A stretch of 64,000 nt of DNA, from the NCBI GenBank assembly GCA_040220235.1, contig JAVJTO010000004.1. One strand, written 5' to 3'. Positions 29,505 to 39,803 of the stretch are shown here, in pieces (position 1 is the first letter of the stretch; each line of letters begins with the position of its first letter). This DNA is from Coleofasciculus sp. B1-GNL1-01. Its GTDB lineage: Bacteria > Cyanobacteriota > Cyanobacteriia > Cyanobacteriales > Coleofasciculaceae. Below the pieces are notes generated by a model that had not been told where the DNA came from, made no database searches, and saw only the letters and a program-made list of their open reading frames with translations. Both the position numbers and the translations under genes were made by a program.

Positions 29505-30425
29505 CTACGTCTCGACTTGGGTAATGATTGTCCGATGGCGGGGACTATTCGGCATGATCATCGGTGGCTGGAATCCTGCTTGGGCGATCGCTTGTTCGAT
29601 ATCCAAGGTAATATACTCGTCAAAGTAAGGCTCAGTGCTTTTGAATAAAGTAAAAACGTAAGCTGGCATCGTCGCATACACCTGAGACTGAGGATTCATA
29701 TCCATCAGGGTAAGATAGCCACCCGGACGTAATAACCGCCGTGCCTCCCGTAGGATTGCCTTTGCCGCCGTTTGGGGTAATTCGTGGAATACCAAAAAGA
29801 CAGACACCAAATCATAGGAAGCATCCGGTAAACCTGTCGCTTCAGCCGCCGCGTGTTTCCAGTTAATGTCTGTATGATGCTGTTTGGACTTATATTCGGC
29901 AACAGCTAGAAAGTAAGGCGATAAGTCTACACCCGTCATATTTGCCTGGGGATAAATCTGTTGTAGGGCAAAGGTACTCATTCCCACACCACACCCCAGA
30001 TCCACAATATCTTGCGGCTCAGTTTTAACTTGCTTTTGCACCAACTCATGGTAACTCTGCCGCAGTTTAGCGTCTCCTTGGAGTTTATCCTCAGGATAGA
30101 GATTGGCATGAACCGCATAAGCCGCAACTTCGTGTTCAAACGCCGCATCCCACTGAAGATTTCCCTGGTCATAAGCATGGAAGGGGCGCAAATAATAATC
30201 CGGGTAGGTTACCTGGGGGTTTTGGACTTGATTCAGATAACTATCCCAGTCCAGAGAACGTAACTCATTGACCTGTTTTGTCCAAGGTACGCCAATTTTT
30301 TCCGCTCGCTTGACAATCATCTTACGAGCTTGCTGCTTGGCTAAATTAGCCAAAGGTTTAATGGCAAGGAAACCATTCACCAAACGTGAGGCTAATTGGG
30401 GTGTTGTGTTTACCGTAGTCGTCAT
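29505..30425 (-). CDS. Class I SAM-dependent methyltransferase
   Basis: VDLGCGVG, GVDLSPYFL, VFHELP, LRPGG. Confidence 0.88.
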   Translation of the reverse strand: MTTTVNTTPQLASRLVNGFLAIKPLANLAKQQARKMIVKRAEKIGVPWTKQVNELRSLDWDSYLNQVQNPQVTYPDYYLRPFHAYDQGNLQWDAAFEHEVAAYAVHANLYPEDKLQGDAKLRQSYHELVQKQVKTEPQDIVDLGCGVGMSTFALQQIYPQANMTGVDLSPYFLAVAEYKSKQHHTDINWKHAAAEATGLPDASYDLVSVFLVFHELPQTAAKAILREARRLLRPGGYLTLMDMNPQSQVYATMPAYVFTLFKSTEPYFDEYITLDIEQAIAQAGFQPPMIMPNSPRHRTIITQVET

Positions 30426-30619
30426 AAGAGTTCTTAGCGATTATCTGTTTTGGGGATTAGCATGTACACAATATTGGCAATCCTACGATATTTAAGCAAC
30501 AGCATACCACCCCCCTACACTCAAGTTTCCTGTTGACAACGTGCTACGCTATGGAAGTTGGTGGAAATAAACTCAATTCTATTAAATTGATAAATAGCCC
30601 TCAAACTCTTACCTTAAGG

Positions 30620-30656
30620 AAGAATCACCCGCGTTTTAACGGGGTGAGTATCCAAT
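30620..30656 (+). mobile_element. Degenerate IS200/IS605-family right-end hairpin
   Basis: AAGAATCACCCGCGTTTTAACGGGGTGAGTATCCAA resembles the GAATCCC...hairpin...GTCAA end. Confidence 0.45.
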
Positions 30657-30667
30657 AAAACAAATAA

Positions 30668-30737
30668 CCAATGACCAATGACCAATGACCAATGACCAAT
30701 GACCAATGACCAATGACCAATGACCAATGACCAATGA
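30668..30737 (+). repeat. (CCAATGA)10 short tandem repeat
   Basis: Ten perfect heptamers counted. Confidence 0.95.
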
Positions 30738-30741
30738 CGAT

Positions 30742-31740
30742 TCAAACTTTTGCCACATATCGATTACGCCCAGAGGCTTTCGCTTGATACAAAGCCATAT
30801 CCGCTTCAGTAACTAGCTTAGCTGGTGGAGTATCCGGCTCAGGATAAAGACTGGCAACACCTAAACTGAGTGTGACGTATTCACTAATAGCTGAAGCTGC
30901 ATGGGTAATCTTTAAACTATAAACCAAGCTGCGTAATTCTTCAGCCACTAGAGACGCACCAATCGTGGTGGTATTGGGTAACACAATCGCAAATTCTTCA
31001 CCACCATAGCGAGCGACTAAATCAACAGAACGTTTGGCACAAAAACGTAAAGCATCAGCTACCCTTCGCAAACAGGCGTCACCGGCTTGATGACCGTAGG
31101 TATCATTATATTTCTTGAAAAAGTCGATATCACATAGAATCAGAGACAAAGGCGACTCTTCTCGAATCATGCGCCACCACTCATCATCAAGGTATTGATC
31201 AAACCGACGGCGATTGGCTACACCCGTTAGTCCATCTAACGTGGCTAAACGTTGTAACTCTCGATTGGCTTGTTCAAGTTGTTGATAAAGCTGAAACTGT
31301 TGAATTAAACGCCGTACTCGTTGACGCAAGACAGCTAAGTGAATTGGTTTGGTGATATAGTCAGTAGCACCAACGGCAAAGGCGCGGTCAACGGATTCTG
31401 GATCATCCAGATTGGTAATCATTAACACCGGCGTTTGGGAAACTCCCTGTAACCCTTGAGCCTCCAAATGTTCGCTATCGGGTGATGTCTCGTCTTCGTC
31501 TGAGAGTTTTTGTAAGTGTTTGCAACAGGTAAAACCATCCATGACCGGCATCAGGGCGTCTAGCATGACCAGATGCGGTTTGAGACGCTGATAAACGTCC
31601 AAACCCTGTTCGCCGTTGGTTGCTTCAACAACTTTATAGCCTTCTTTTTCCATGACTCGGCGTAAAAGTTCTCGTATAAACTGGTCATCATCAACCACCA
31701 AAATGGTTGGCGGTTCTTCGGGCAAAGAAACTAATTTCAT
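30742..31740 (-). CDS. Response-regulator diguanylate cyclase (REC-GGDEF)
   Basis: ILVVDDD, LDALMP, DGLTGVANRR, DIDFFKKYND, RSVD I-site, RYGGEEF. Confidence 0.93.
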   Translation of the reverse strand: MKLVSLPEEPPTILVVDDDQFIRELLRRVMEKEGYKVVEATNGEQGLDVYQRLKPHLVMLDALMPVMDGFTCCKHLQKLSDEDETSPDSEHLEAQGLQGVSQTPVLMITNLDDPESVDRAFAVGATDYITKPIHLAVLRQRVRRLIQQFQLYQQLEQANRELQRLATLDGLTGVANRRRFDQYLDDEWWRMIREESPLSLILCDIDFFKKYNDTYGHQAGDACLRRVADALRFCAKRSVDLVARYGGEEFAIVLPNTTTIGASLVAEELRSLVYSLKITHAASAISEYVTLSLGVASLYPEPDTPPAKLVTEADMALYQAKASGRNRYVAKV

Positions 31741-31742
31741 CC

Positions 31743-31930
31743 TTAAGAATGCTGATATTGCCGTCTTTGGGTCTGTAAGATTAATGTGACCCGTTGATAC
31801 TCAGCCTCTAGCTGGCAAAACTGCGCCAGTGCTGCCATGGGATCACCACCCTTGCTTATCTGTTCTAGCATCTGACGAAACGGGTAGATTGTCCTAGTTC
31901 CTAAAATCCCATGACTTCAACGTGTCAATT
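31743..31930 (-). pseudogene. Degenerate Hpt (histidine phosphotransfer) domain remnant
   Basis: Minus strand reads DTLKS, a frameshift, then GILGTRTIYPFRQMLEQISKGG...QLEAEYQRVTLILQ...stop, resembling the HTLKS...LGA...LE...LEAEYQRV consensus. Confidence 0.55.
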
Positions 31931-32439
31931 TCATCAATCGAGTCTCTATACGTCTGTTGAGGATAGCTGTAGCATGGATGCCATTAACCTGAGGCATGTT
32001 CCAGGGAATGATTGATCACCTCCAAATCGAGAGAAAGAGTATCTTTCCCTACCATAGCCTGAAGCAATTGCCATGTCTCTGGGTGTAATGGCTGAATTGT
32101 TGGAGTTGTTGACTAGCTATCGCGAATTTTGCCGGCAGATGCTGTTCAACGAGTCAGATTCCGCACTGTCAGATCAAATGTCTGTAATTAATCGGATACA
32201 AAAAAATAATCGTTTCTATACCGATCGCGCGGTGATGACACAAACCAAGCATCAATCCCGGTTCAGGAGTTTAATGCCTAGCTGCGGCGAGTTGACCAAA
32301 ATCTGGCAGATGCAATATCTCTATTATTATTGCTTGATGTTTAGAGATGATTCAAGTAAGTCAATTCTAGCTCTTTTTCCCAGCTTGGTACTCCCAGCCA
32401 TTTTTCACGTTGTCTATTGTAGTTTTCCGGGACTGACCA

Positions 32440-33456
32440 TTGAGCCAACCCTTTTCCGGTAATCGCCGTGCCTTGCTTAAACTCTTGGGACTGACGCTGT
32501 TGGCAACCCAAGTCCCTGTAACGGCAAACCCCCTACCCCTTCTCAAACCACGACGCCTGAATCCTGGCGATACCGTAGGGTTGATTAGTCCAGCCGGTCT
32601 AGTTGACCAAAAGACCCTTGATGAAATCGCTCCCATTTTATCACAACTCGGTTTGAAAACCAAACTGGGAACCCATCTTTTCGACCAATACGGCTATCTG
32701 GCGGGTCAAGATGTTGACCGCGCTGCTGATGTGAATGCGATGTTCGCTGATTCCTCTGTCCAGGCTGTGCTGGCAATGGCAGGCGGATGGGGATGTAATC
32801 GAATTTTACCTCTGTTAGACTACCAGCTAATCCGCCAAAATCCCAAAATCATTATCGGCTATAGCGATGTTACCTCACTGCTGTTAGCGATTTATACTCA
32901 CAGCAACCTGATCACCTTTCATGGACCACTCGGAACATCAACCTGGAATTGGTTCTCAATCCAACATCTGCAACGCATCTTGTTTGATGGACAAGCTATG
33001 ACACTGCAAAATCTATTGAGTACTCCTGTGGAAACCATTACCAAGGGTAAGGCAAGGGGGCGTCTGGTGGGGGGAAATTTATCGCTGGTGGCGGCGCTGG
33101 TGGGGTCAGATTATTTACCCGATTGGCAGAACTCTATTTTGTTTGTGGAAGATATACGAGAAGAGGTTTACCGGATTGACCGCTTGTTAACCCAGCTCAA
33201 ACTCGCTGGAATTCTCGATCAAGTGGCTGGATTTATTTTTGCACAATGTACAAATTGTCCTGCAGGTGAGGCGAATGAACCATCGCTGACGTTGCGGCAA
33301 GTCTTAGCTGACCATATCAAACCGTTGGGGATTCCTGCCTGGTATGGTTCGATGATCGGTCATATTCAGGATAAGTTCACTGTCCCTATCGGCGGAATGG
33401 TAGAAATTGATGCGGAGCGAGGCACAATTCGTTTATTAGAATCGGTGGTGATATGA
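32440..33456 (+). CDS. LD-carboxypeptidase (peptidase S66) with Tat-like signal
   Basis: RRALLKL signal, GYSDVT, GGNL, FVEDI.E, IGH. Confidence 0.9.
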   Translation: MSQPFSGNRRALLKLLGLTLLATQVPVTANPLPLLKPRRLNPGDTVGLISPAGLVDQKTLDEIAPILSQLGLKTKLGTHLFDQYGYLAGQDVDRAADVNAMFADSSVQAVLAMAGGWGCNRILPLLDYQLIRQNPKIIIGYSDVTSLLLAIYTHSNLITFHGPLGTSTWNWFSIQHLQRILFDGQAMTLQNLLSTPVETITKGKARGRLVGGNLSLVAALVGSDYLPDWQNSILFVEDIREEVYRIDRLLTQLKLAGILDQVAGFIFAQCTNCPAGEANEPSLTLRQVLADHIKPLGIPAWYGSMIGHIQDKFTVPIGGMVEIDAERGTIRLLESVVI

Positions 33457-33487
33457 TATCTCATCCACTCATCAGCCCTTGCTCTAA

Positions 33488-34357
33488 CTAAGCCGCCCGT
33501 AACGGCAGATGCTTGGACTTATCGGCTAAGAAACCCATTAGATTGTGCAAAAATGAGTGGCTGACTGGCTGATCGGTCGCTTCTGGATGGAGTGGTGTCG
33601 CGATCGCGTCCACAGATTGAGGACAGGGGGTATGAATCACTAAGGGAATTTCTTCGACCAATCCGACTGACATTAATCGAAAAGCAATCTGCTGTACCGT
33701 TTTTACCGAAAGTCTGAGTTGTTTAGCAATTTCCCTCAAGGACACAGTGCCACTGGTATACTCCCAGACTTGAGATTCTAAGGGGTTGAGGGGATAACGA
33801 GGGTGTCCTGTCACACTAAGCAACCCAGCATGAACATCCGGTAGTTTATCGCTTAGGACATCCCAGTTACGCAAAGAACGTAATCCTAGTAAATTGGCAC
33901 CTAGGGTATTTAAGCTCAAACCCGTCATTCCTAACATGGGGAGTTTAACTTCATGGCTGAACTTAAAATGACCTGTTTTGAGTTGAAACAAGGTACAGGT
34001 GGGTTGTAACACTTGGACTTGGAACAACCATTTGATTTGTTGAAGGGTTAACAACCCATGTTTTTGCAGATATGTACCCAAGGGTTGCTCCTGAGGCAAT
34101 GACTCACTCAACTGAGTTAACTGACTTCTATCCATCCATTGGCGTTGAGCAATTAACTTGATTAATCCTAGATGCTTTAACTGAGAATCAACTGCCACAA
34201 TTCGACCGCGATAGACCCAAACATAGCAAACGCCATTGGGGGTGACAGGAGTAGAAACATCAGTATTCACAGTGAGTAAACCCGTATGATGCCCTTTACC
34301 AAGGAGCCGAAAAATTTCGGGTAATGAAAAGTCAGTGAGTGAGCCTGTAATGCACAT
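33488..34357 (-). CDS. DUF4388/PATAN-domain protein with C-terminal winged HTH
   Basis: GSLTDFSLPEIF...TGLL, WVYRGRIVA, VSLREIAKQL...IAFRLMSVGLVEE. Confidence 0.8.
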   Translation of the reverse strand: MCITGSLTDFSLPEIFRLLGKGHHTGLLTVNTDVSTPVTPNGVCYVWVYRGRIVAVDSQLKHLGLIKLIAQRQWMDRSQLTQLSESLPQEQPLGTYLQKHGLLTLQQIKWLFQVQVLQPTCTLFQLKTGHFKFSHEVKLPMLGMTGLSLNTLGANLLGLRSLRNWDVLSDKLPDVHAGLLSVTGHPRYPLNPLESQVWEYTSGTVSLREIAKQLRLSVKTVQQIAFRLMSVGLVEEIPLVIHTPCPQSVDAIATPLHPEATDQPVSHSFLHNLMGFLADKSKHLPLRAA

Positions 34358-34777
34358 TGTTCTTACGTTGATATCAGTTTTGTTATTGAGGATGCAAATA
34401 GCAGGGTAACGCCTTCAAAGTTAGCCTGTTTAGCTTGATCCCGAAAAAAATCTGTAATTTTTACTACTCTTAGTTTAATCCCTGATGAAAGTTTCATACA
34501 ATTGCTTTTTACTAAGTTGTGTTAAGAAAGGAGAATCTTTATTAAATTACAACTCGAAAAGTTGCGCCTTATCACCATTGTCATGTTTTTCCGTCATCCA
34601 TTTGTACCTAAGACGATTCTTTCTCGGTTAAAGTTTATTTAACATCCTACTGAAGGTAGACAATATTAAAGATGGGGAAGGTGAGGAAGGTGAGGAAGGT
34701 GGGGAAGATAATATTTTAAAGTTTTTTTACCCTTCACTTGGTTCGAGGCGAGGGCAGGGCGCGTGAATTAACTCACC

Positions 34778-34815
34778 ATCTCCCCTATCTCCCCCATCTC
34801 CCCTATCTCCCCTAC
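34778..34815 (+). repeat. 9-mer tandem repeats (ATCTCCCC[CT]), roughly inverted to GG.GAAG.TG repeats at 34671-34709
   Basis: Read directly; a similar tract occurs at 41614-41658. Confidence 0.75.
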
Positions 34816-34887
34816 CCACTCAGATTCAAGACGTTCCGTGAAAAGTTAGCACCTCCCCCACTGCCCTTACCTGGCGCTCGTCACCAA

Positions 34888-36768
34888 TTAGCTCAGAGCA
34901 ACCGTTGATTGTAGATCCAACAGTTTCGTGCCGCATTCACAACAACATTTATGAGTCGCTGGATTTTCGGTTCCACAGTTAGAACACGTCAGGATAGTGG
35001 GTGAAATCGGCTCTGGGTTATGAGGGTGCAATCCCATCATGTCACTATTGGTATGACCAGGAGCAACCATGGGATAACAGTCTTCATTGCGGGTAACACG
35101 CACATCTAATAGCACTGGACCGTCATGGTTAAGCATTTGAGCGATCGCCTCAGGTAATGCATGACGTTCAGTTACCTTAATGGCATTAATCCCGTACACC
35201 TGAGCCAGATTTACAAACTCTGGGGTACCGACTTCCAGATTCGTCGCTTCATAGCGATCGCCATAGAACAAATGTTGCCATTGGCGCACCATTCCCAGCC
35301 AACCATTGTTGAGAATGACAATCTTGACGCCAATGCCATACTGGGCGATCGTACCCAGTTCCTGCATATTCATCTGGAAACTCCCATCACCACTGATACA
35401 AATCACGGGTTCTGAGGGGAGAGCCATTTTGACTCCCACAGCCGCAGGCAAACCAAATCCCATTGTCCCTAAACCGCCACTCGATATCCAACGACGGGGC
35501 TTATTTTTCAGGAATTGAGCCGCCCACATCTGGTGTTGACCGACATCAGTGGTGTAATAAGCGTGGGGGGATTGACGAGCCACTTCCACAATCACTTCTT
35601 GGGGCGAGAGATTCTCCTGGGGATGGGGCAAATCTAAAGGATACTCATCCCGCCACTGTTGCAGGCGATCGCACCACGCTTTCGTTTGTTCTGGATCGAT
35701 ACCATTCCCGACTTGATCAGAACGCCGCAATAGGTCAATTAACACCTGCCGCACGTCGCCAACAATGGGTACATCAGTGTTCCGATTTTTCCCCACTTCC
35801 GCCGGATCAATATCGATGTGAATCACCTTCGCCTCAGCCGCAAACTGTTTCGGCAAACTTGCCACCCGGTCATCAAAACGGGCACCCAAGGCGATTAACA
35901 GGTCACATTCACTCACGGCAAAGTTAGCATACGCCGTGCCGTGCATCCCTAACATCCCCAAAGCCAGGGGATGGGACTCATCAAATGCGCCCTTACCCAT
36001 CAGCGTCGTGGTTACCGGAATCTGGAAATGCTCTGCTAGTTCCAGAAGTTCTCCCTGGGCACTTGCCGCGATCGCACCGCCACCTACATAAAGTAAGGGT
36101 TTCTTCGCCGCCCGAATCAACTCTAGTGCTTTGTTAATCTGGTTTAAATTCCCTTTCACCGTAGGACGGTATCCCGGTAGCTTAATCGTACCCGGTTCCA
36201 CGGGAAAGTAATCAAATTGCTCAATTCCGACATCTTTGGGAATATCAATCAACACGGGTCCCGGTCTACCCGTACTGGCGATGTGAAACGCTTCCGCCAC
36301 AATCCGGGGAATATCGCGAGCCTCATTCACTAAATAGGAATGCTTGACAATTGGCAGCGTAATGCCGAAAATATCTATTTCTTGGAATCCATCCGTACCA
36401 ATTGCCCCACGGGGAACCTGTCCCGTAATTGCAATCATTGGCACAGAGTCCAAACTCGCCGTGGCTAAACCCGTGACCAAATTCGTGGCTCCCGGTCCGG
36501 AGGTTGCCAAACAGATGCCCACTTTACCTGTAGCCCGGGCATACCCGTCAGCAGCATGGGCAGCCCCTTGTTCGTGTCGCACCAGAATATGTTGGAGTTC
36601 GCCTGCGACTTCCGCTTGGTAGATTTCATCGTAAATCGGTAGATTCGCACCGCCCGGATAACCGAAAATATGCTTCACACCATGGCGCTTTAAACTATCA
36701 ATCAGGGCAAAAGCGCCGGATACACGCCTGACTCTCACTGTTTCAGATTGCACAGCTAGTGCCTCCAC
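34888..36768 (-). CDS. ilvB: Acetolactate synthase large subunit with C-terminal zinc ribbon
   Basis: [41 protein letters not shown]-terminal CSNC...CCEC. Confidence 0.95.
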   Translation of the reverse strand: MEALAVQSETVRVRRVSGAFALIDSLKRHGVKHIFGYPGGANLPIYDEIYQAEVAGELQHILVRHEQGAAHAADGYARATGKVGICLATSGPGATNLVTGLATASLDSVPMIAITGQVPRGAIGTDGFQEIDIFGITLPIVKHSYLVNEARDIPRIVAEAFHIASTGRPGPVLIDIPKDVGIEQFDYFPVEPGTIKLPGYRPTVKGNLNQINKALELIRAAKKPLLYVGGGAIAASAQGELLELAEHFQIPVTTTLMGKGAFDESHPLALGMLGMHGTAYANFAVSECDLLIALGARFDDRVASLPKQFAAEAKVIHIDIDPAEVGKNRNTDVPIVGDVRQVLIDLLRRSDQVGNGIDPEQTKAWCDRLQQWRDEYPLDLPHPQENLSPQEVIVEVARQSPHAYYTTDVGQHQMWAAQFLKNKPRRWISSGGLGTMGFGLPAAVGVKMALPSEPVICISGDGSFQMNMQELGTIAQYGIGVKIVILNNGWLGMVRQWQHLFYGDRYEATNLEVGTPEFVNLAQVYGINAIKVTERHALPEAIAQMLNHDGPVLLDVRVTRNEDCYPMVAPGHTNSDMMGLHPHNPEPISPTILTCSNCGTENPATHKCCCECGTKLLDLQSTVALS

Positions 36769-37282
36769 TTAGTCTAACAATTACATGAGGAACGTTACTA
36801 ATGAGTGCTAACCCAAATCTGGGTAAGCGGTTTGCTAATTTCGATACAGCTTAGAGTTTTACTCAATGATTTGACTTTCTGTGAAAGACGATTTTAATTG
36901 TTCATGAAATAACCCAATTAGAACGAAAATTTTATATTTTTTTAATTTTGCTACGTTTAGCTTGGGTTATAAAACTTAAATTATCCCTAAAGGATTGGTG
37001 ATAAAAATTGCGAATTACCCTGGCGTTATTTCCCTGTAAGTGGAGCAATTCATTAGGTTTTAACTGGATGTGGTTGGTGTGAATAGATTGAACAATATGT
37101 TCTTGATCGGCTAGAGTGCTTTTATAGCAATAATAATGGAACGCGGTGGGGCTTGTGAACTAACCATTACTTTTTTCTTTTTCTTTGATGTAACAAGTAA
37201 TAGACTTGAAGCCCAAATATAGCAATGATATCGGTTTTATAAATTTCCACAAATTTAAAATAACAGGTACGGAATAGATGAC

Positions 37283-37951
37283 TTAAGGAACCACATCTTG
37301 AGGATCATCTACCCATCTCTGTCTTTTGAGCATTTGTTTTATATCTGATTCTAATACTTGAAAGGTAGGTAAAGTCCGCAGTGGCGAAAAGTCATCGATA
37401 AGTTCAGCGATTCGTTGAATCTTCTCTCGCTCTCTGGCGCGAAATTTCTTTAGCCGCCGACCTGTCAACCCACTCGCTTGGCACAGAAGTTGACAAAGAT
37501 ATTGTTTTGGATCAGGTAACTCCTCAAGTTTCTCTAAACTTGGTAAATTTAAAGGTTGCTTTCCTCTAGGATTTTCTGACGCCCTACGTATAGCTACCTC
37601 GTCAAATAATAACCAAGCTTCTGTCATCCGAACAGGCACAACACAGATAAACGGCACAGAAACTGATTGCCTAATACCCTCAACGGCTTTTTGAATTTCA
37701 GAAACTCGTTTCTCACGAGGTTCTTTTTCGGCATCCCTATGTATAAATAAAAGGTCGCAAGGGTAAAGGTTCAAACTCAATTCAATTCTCTTTGAGTTAT
37801 TCTGTGGTTGTTGTGGCAAGCGTCGAAAATCAGCCCACTGGGACTGGATAGCACATTCAACTCCGTGTAATCGCAATAACCAAGTCAGAATAGGTAGTAG
37901 CGCCTTGTCAGAACTCCCATCAGATAGTAATGTGTATCGTATTTCCTTCAT
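37283..37951 (-). CDS. TOPRIM-like DUF4276/RloB-type protein (putative nuclease effector)
   Basis: LLSDGSSD, IHRDAE, MTEAWLL, DPK motifs; 4-nt overlap with the upstream ATPase. Confidence 0.65.
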   Translation of the reverse strand: MKEIRYTLLSDGSSDKALLPILTWLLRLHGVECAIQSQWADFRRLPQQPQNNSKRIELSLNLYPCDLLFIHRDAEKEPREKRVSEIQKAVEGIRQSVSVPFICVVPVRMTEAWLLFDEVAIRRASENPRGKQPLNLPSLEKLEELPDPKQYLCQLLCQASGLTGRRLKKFRAREREKIQRIAELIDDFSPLRTLPTFQVLESDIKQMLKRQRWVDDPQDVVP

Positions 37952-39492
37952 ACAAATTCTTTGGGAAAGCCTAAAATTAGAGGTTGAATGTCTTCTCTAT
38001 CCAAAACTCTACGTTTTTTAGACGGGGTAGGTTTTAAAGATAAGTTGGTTTCCAGTTGCCCATTGCCATTTAGCTCTGGCTGTTCTGGAGGAACTGGATT
38101 TAAGTAGGCGAGAAGTTTACCTAAAGGAACGGTACTTGTATTTTCAGTTTCCGCAACTTTAACGTGTCGCCAAGTATTCGGTAAATAACTAAAGCGTACC
38201 CCTTTAAACAATTGTCCTGACGGTGCTTTTTCTTCCTTCAACTCAGCAACCAAAAGACTATCTTCTGGTACTTGCTGTACAACGGCTGGCGAGTGGGTAT
38301 TGATGATCACTTGGCGTAGGGGATTGTCTTGATCAACGGGTTCTTCAACATCCGTAGCGATGTCTTGTAGGAGTCTGAGAATCTTCGGGATACGCTCTGG
38401 ATGAATACCATTTTCCGGTTCCTCTAGGCACAACAAACCTTGAGCTTCTGGGTCTAATTCCAGTACCGCTAACGCTAAAAAACGCATCGTTCCATCTGAG
38501 AGCGATCGCGCCGGATGGGTTGTACCATCTCTAGTGGTGATCATTAATGTGAGCAGTTCGCGACGATCATCCCGCTCTATTCCTACCTCCTCAACATCAT
38601 CGAGCAATTCTGCCAAACGACCTGCAACTTGAGCATAAACCTGCGCTTCGGCTTCCTGATCAGATTTGCGGAGATTTTTTCTCAGCCGTGCTAGATGATA
38701 GAGAGTTGAAGCTAGATGAGAGCCATCTGTTCCTAATTTTGTCGGCGCCGTAAATTCGTCGGGTTGTCGCAACGAAGAAGGTTCTAGCTGTAATAACTGC
38801 CACGATTGCATTTCCCGACGTGCTAGTAATGCTGTTGGGCTTTCGGCTGCATTGGTTACAGACAGTACAGTTCGAGGCAGATCAGCTGCTGATCGAGCTA
38901 AGGATCTACCACTGCTTCCGCCATCTTGATGAAGCTTAATCACTCGATTTGTCCCCTCACCTTCTGTAGAAATAAAATAAGGGACTCGGCGCTGTCCTTT
39001 CACCGCCGACTTGCGCCAAGTTTTCGCCTTGTGATTAAATAGCAAATGCTTAGGGGCATCACCAAGATTAATATGAACTAACTCTTCTTTAAGTAGTTCC
39101 AGTGACCCTAATGAACGGAGACTATCATCTTGTCGATAGGCTAGCTTGATAGAGTAGCGAAGAAACGTAATACTAGCTCTGGCAGTTTGTCCTAAATCAT
39201 CAACACCTTCACCTGGCACAATCATCTCAGCTTCAAATGACATCTGTGAAGCGTATTCATTACCAATTCGATGAAATAGACTGCGGACATCTCCTGTCCT
39301 ACCTCCCTCATCTCGAACAGATAAAGCGGCTTCAATCAGCGGAAGATCGGCTAAGGCTGACAAAAACCTAATCGCATCAAACAAGTTAGATTTGCCTACG
39401 CCATTTACACCCGCTACACAGGTAAATGGACTAAAGCGGACATCCACATTAACAAGGTTTTTAAAACCAGAAACTTTTAGCCTGGTTAGCAT
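37948..39492 (-). CDS. Soluble ABC-type ATPase (AAA_21/AAA_15-like)
   Basis: Walker A GVNGVGKS, signature LSDGT, Walker B LCLEEPENGIHP, H-loop NTHSP; no TM partner. Confidence 0.88.
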   Translation of the reverse strand: MLTRLKVSGFKNLVNVDVRFSPFTCVAGVNGVGKSNLFDAIRFLSALADLPLIEAALSVRDEGGRTGDVRSLFHRIGNEYASQMSFEAEMIVPGEGVDDLGQTARASITFLRYSIKLAYRQDDSLRSLGSLELLKEELVHINLGDAPKHLLFNHKAKTWRKSAVKGQRRVPYFISTEGEGTNRVIKLHQDGGSSGRSLARSAADLPRTVLSVTNAAESPTALLARREMQSWQLLQLEPSSLRQPDEFTAPTKLGTDGSHLASTLYHLARLRKNLRKSDQEAEAQVYAQVAGRLAELLDDVEEVGIERDDRRELLTLMITTRDGTTHPARSLSDGTMRFLALAVLELDPEAQGLLCLEEPENGIHPERIPKILRLLQDIATDVEEPVDQDNPLRQVIINTHSPAVVQQVPEDSLLVAELKEEKAPSGQLFKGVRFSYLPNTWRHVKVAETENTSTVPLGKLLAYLNPVPPEQPELNGNGQLETNLSLKPTPSKKRRVLDREDIQPLILGFPKEFV

Positions 39493-39803
39493 AATCTTAA
39501 TCCTATACAGTCTTTTAAAAGCTGTTCTATACTAATCATCAATTTACATACATCTGATTGATTTTAACTCATATCCTTCATCCATTTCAATAAACATAAG
39601 TTGGTTGATAATCCGTAACGCTTCCGGATTGCCTTGCTATCGTTTTGAGTCGGGGTGAATTGAGTGACATCAGGGTAAAAAATAAAGTAGAGTGAAACCC
39701 ACCCCGATACGTTGACCAGTTTTTTATCCCCTGCCCTAACCTCAACCAAAAAGGATTGCTATAGTACAGGAAGGATAAATACTGGCATCAGGGGGCAAAC
39801 CAG

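Noticed and set aside
32073..32462. 129-aa ORF upstream of the LD-carboxypeptidase
   Set aside because: No recognisable motifs, atypical composition, lies in a divergent promoter region
39564..39749. 61-aa ORF or gene remnant upstream of the ABC ATPase
   Set aside because: One frame looks protein-like (QGNPEALRIINQLMFIEMDEGYEL) but I could not assign it, and it is too short to support
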